A DNA stretch of 64,000 nt, from positions 20,648,001 to 20,712,000 of the forward strand of contig NC_045697.1 in the NCBI RefSeq assembly GCF_009834535.1, given 5' to 3'. Within the stretch, counting starts at the first letter, position 1; each line of letters begins with the position of its first letter. The stretch is from Camelus ferus. Lineage: Eukaryota. Positions 62,970-64,000 of this stretch are shown here, in pieces. A program made the position numbers and the translations under genes. The notes beneath the pieces are model-generated. The model saw nothing but the letters and a program-made list of their open reading frames with translations. It was not told where the DNA came from and made no database searches.

Positions 62970-64000
62970 TTCAAACCCTTTCTCTCTCTCTTCTCCTGAA
63001 AACTATCTAATGAGAATGTTGATATGCTTGATATTATTCCAAAGATCACTTAAACTGTTCTCTTTTTTAATTTTTTGGTTTTTGCTGTACTTATTGGAGG
63101 ATTTCCATTATTCTATCTTCCAGATCACTTATGCATTTGTCTGTATCACCCAGTCTGCTATTCATTCCTTCTAGTATGTTTTCATTTTATTTGCTATATT
63201 CTTCACTTTTTACTGGTTCTTTTTAATATTTTCTAGTTCCGTATTAAAATTCTCACTGTGTTCTTCAACACTTTTCTAATTCAGTTAGCATTTTAATTAC
63301 TAATGCTTTGAATTCCTTATCTAGTAAAGTATTTATTCTGTTTCATTAGTTATTTTTTATTCAGGGTTTTTCTCTTGCTTTTTCAATTGAAACAAATTCC
63401 TCTGTCTTCTCATTTTGCTCATCTTTCTCTTCTCTGTGAAATTATGTGAAACGTTTACCTATGGCAGCCTTGAAGGAGTGTCCTTATGTGGGAGCATCCC
63501 TGTACAGTCTGTGTGTGTCCAATGGCTTTGGTGGGGGGCTGGGTTTGATGTGAACATAAGTCATGTTTTTCCTCATGGTGTGTTGGCAGATATCACCTTG
63601 GTAGGAAGGAAGGATGGAGATGGAAGTGTTAGAGTCAGAGCCAGTTGTGAGGTGGGGCTTCCTCTCTGCTCAGAGGCTCTCACTACCCTGTTGGGGGTGG
63701 GATCAGGTCCCAAGCTGCTGGAACAGAAGCCCTGAGTTCCCTTTACATGTGTGCTCTTTCCCCTCCCAGCACTGGCACCCTCAGCCCCAGGGGAGAGCAA
63801 TGCTGGTGCAAGTGAGGCTAGTTTAGGTATTCAACAAGGGTCAGGGTACAGGATGTGGTGATCTGGTGGTTGTCAGAGATCTGATCTGCCTCTGATGTAC
63901 AACTTGCAAAATTGACAGTAATGGCTGCCCCCTTCCTGCTTAGACACAGTTTAGGGTTTGAACCTTTGTAGCATCTTATGGCTGAGCTTTTTCCTTGGTC
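62970..64000 (-). mobile_element. L1 ORF1 N-terminal half and 5' UTR, running off the window end
   Basis: ccctttctctctctcttctcct, ctatcttccagatcacttatgc, gtctgctattcattccttctagt, gccttgaaggagtgtccttatgtgggagcatccct. Confidence 0.8.

Noticed and set aside
1..64000. Prokaryotic-style systems (operons, CRISPR arrays, defence islands) and the short ORFs as genes
   Set aside because: The DNA is mammalian and repeat-rich, and I saw no regularly spaced repeat-spacer array. ORFs with recognisable motifs are broken L1 or ERV remnants, and the rest show no homology I can recognise.
1..64000. Repeat strand bias as evidence of a host intron
   Set aside because: L1s lean only mildly to the minus strand and LTRs are about evenly split, so no transcription direction can be inferred.

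Overview
This is AT-rich, CpG-depleted placental mammal DNA, not prokaryotic or viral. I found no supportable host protein-coding exon, RNA gene, CpG island or CRISPR array. The ORF-track entries are antisense or decayed readings of retroelements, or chance ORFs. Much of the window is transposon fossils: MIR, L2, CR1/L3, HAL1, old and younger L1, MaLR/ERVL/ERV1 LTRs, and hAT MITEs (MER20, MER63, MER103). The youngest L1 3' ends look cetartiodactyl, and I saw no Alu, B1/B2, Can-SINE, Bov-A/tA, PRE-1 or CHR-2 SINEs, which suggests a camelid (inference). The most informative structures are: a decayed ERV-L provirus (LTR16 plus gag/pro) with two nested insertions, cut off by an L1 fragment; a two-LTR MLT1J-type MaLR provirus; a twin-primed (5'-inverted) L1 with its TSD; an L1 whose 5' UTR is fused directly to the ORF2 tail; a short L1 with a 14-bp TSD and an apparently locally templated filler; and a solo ERV1 LTR with a perfect 4-bp TSD. 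I found no convincing new biological system. Family names come from recalled consensus sequences, not a search. Boundaries of old elements are approximate to tens of bp.
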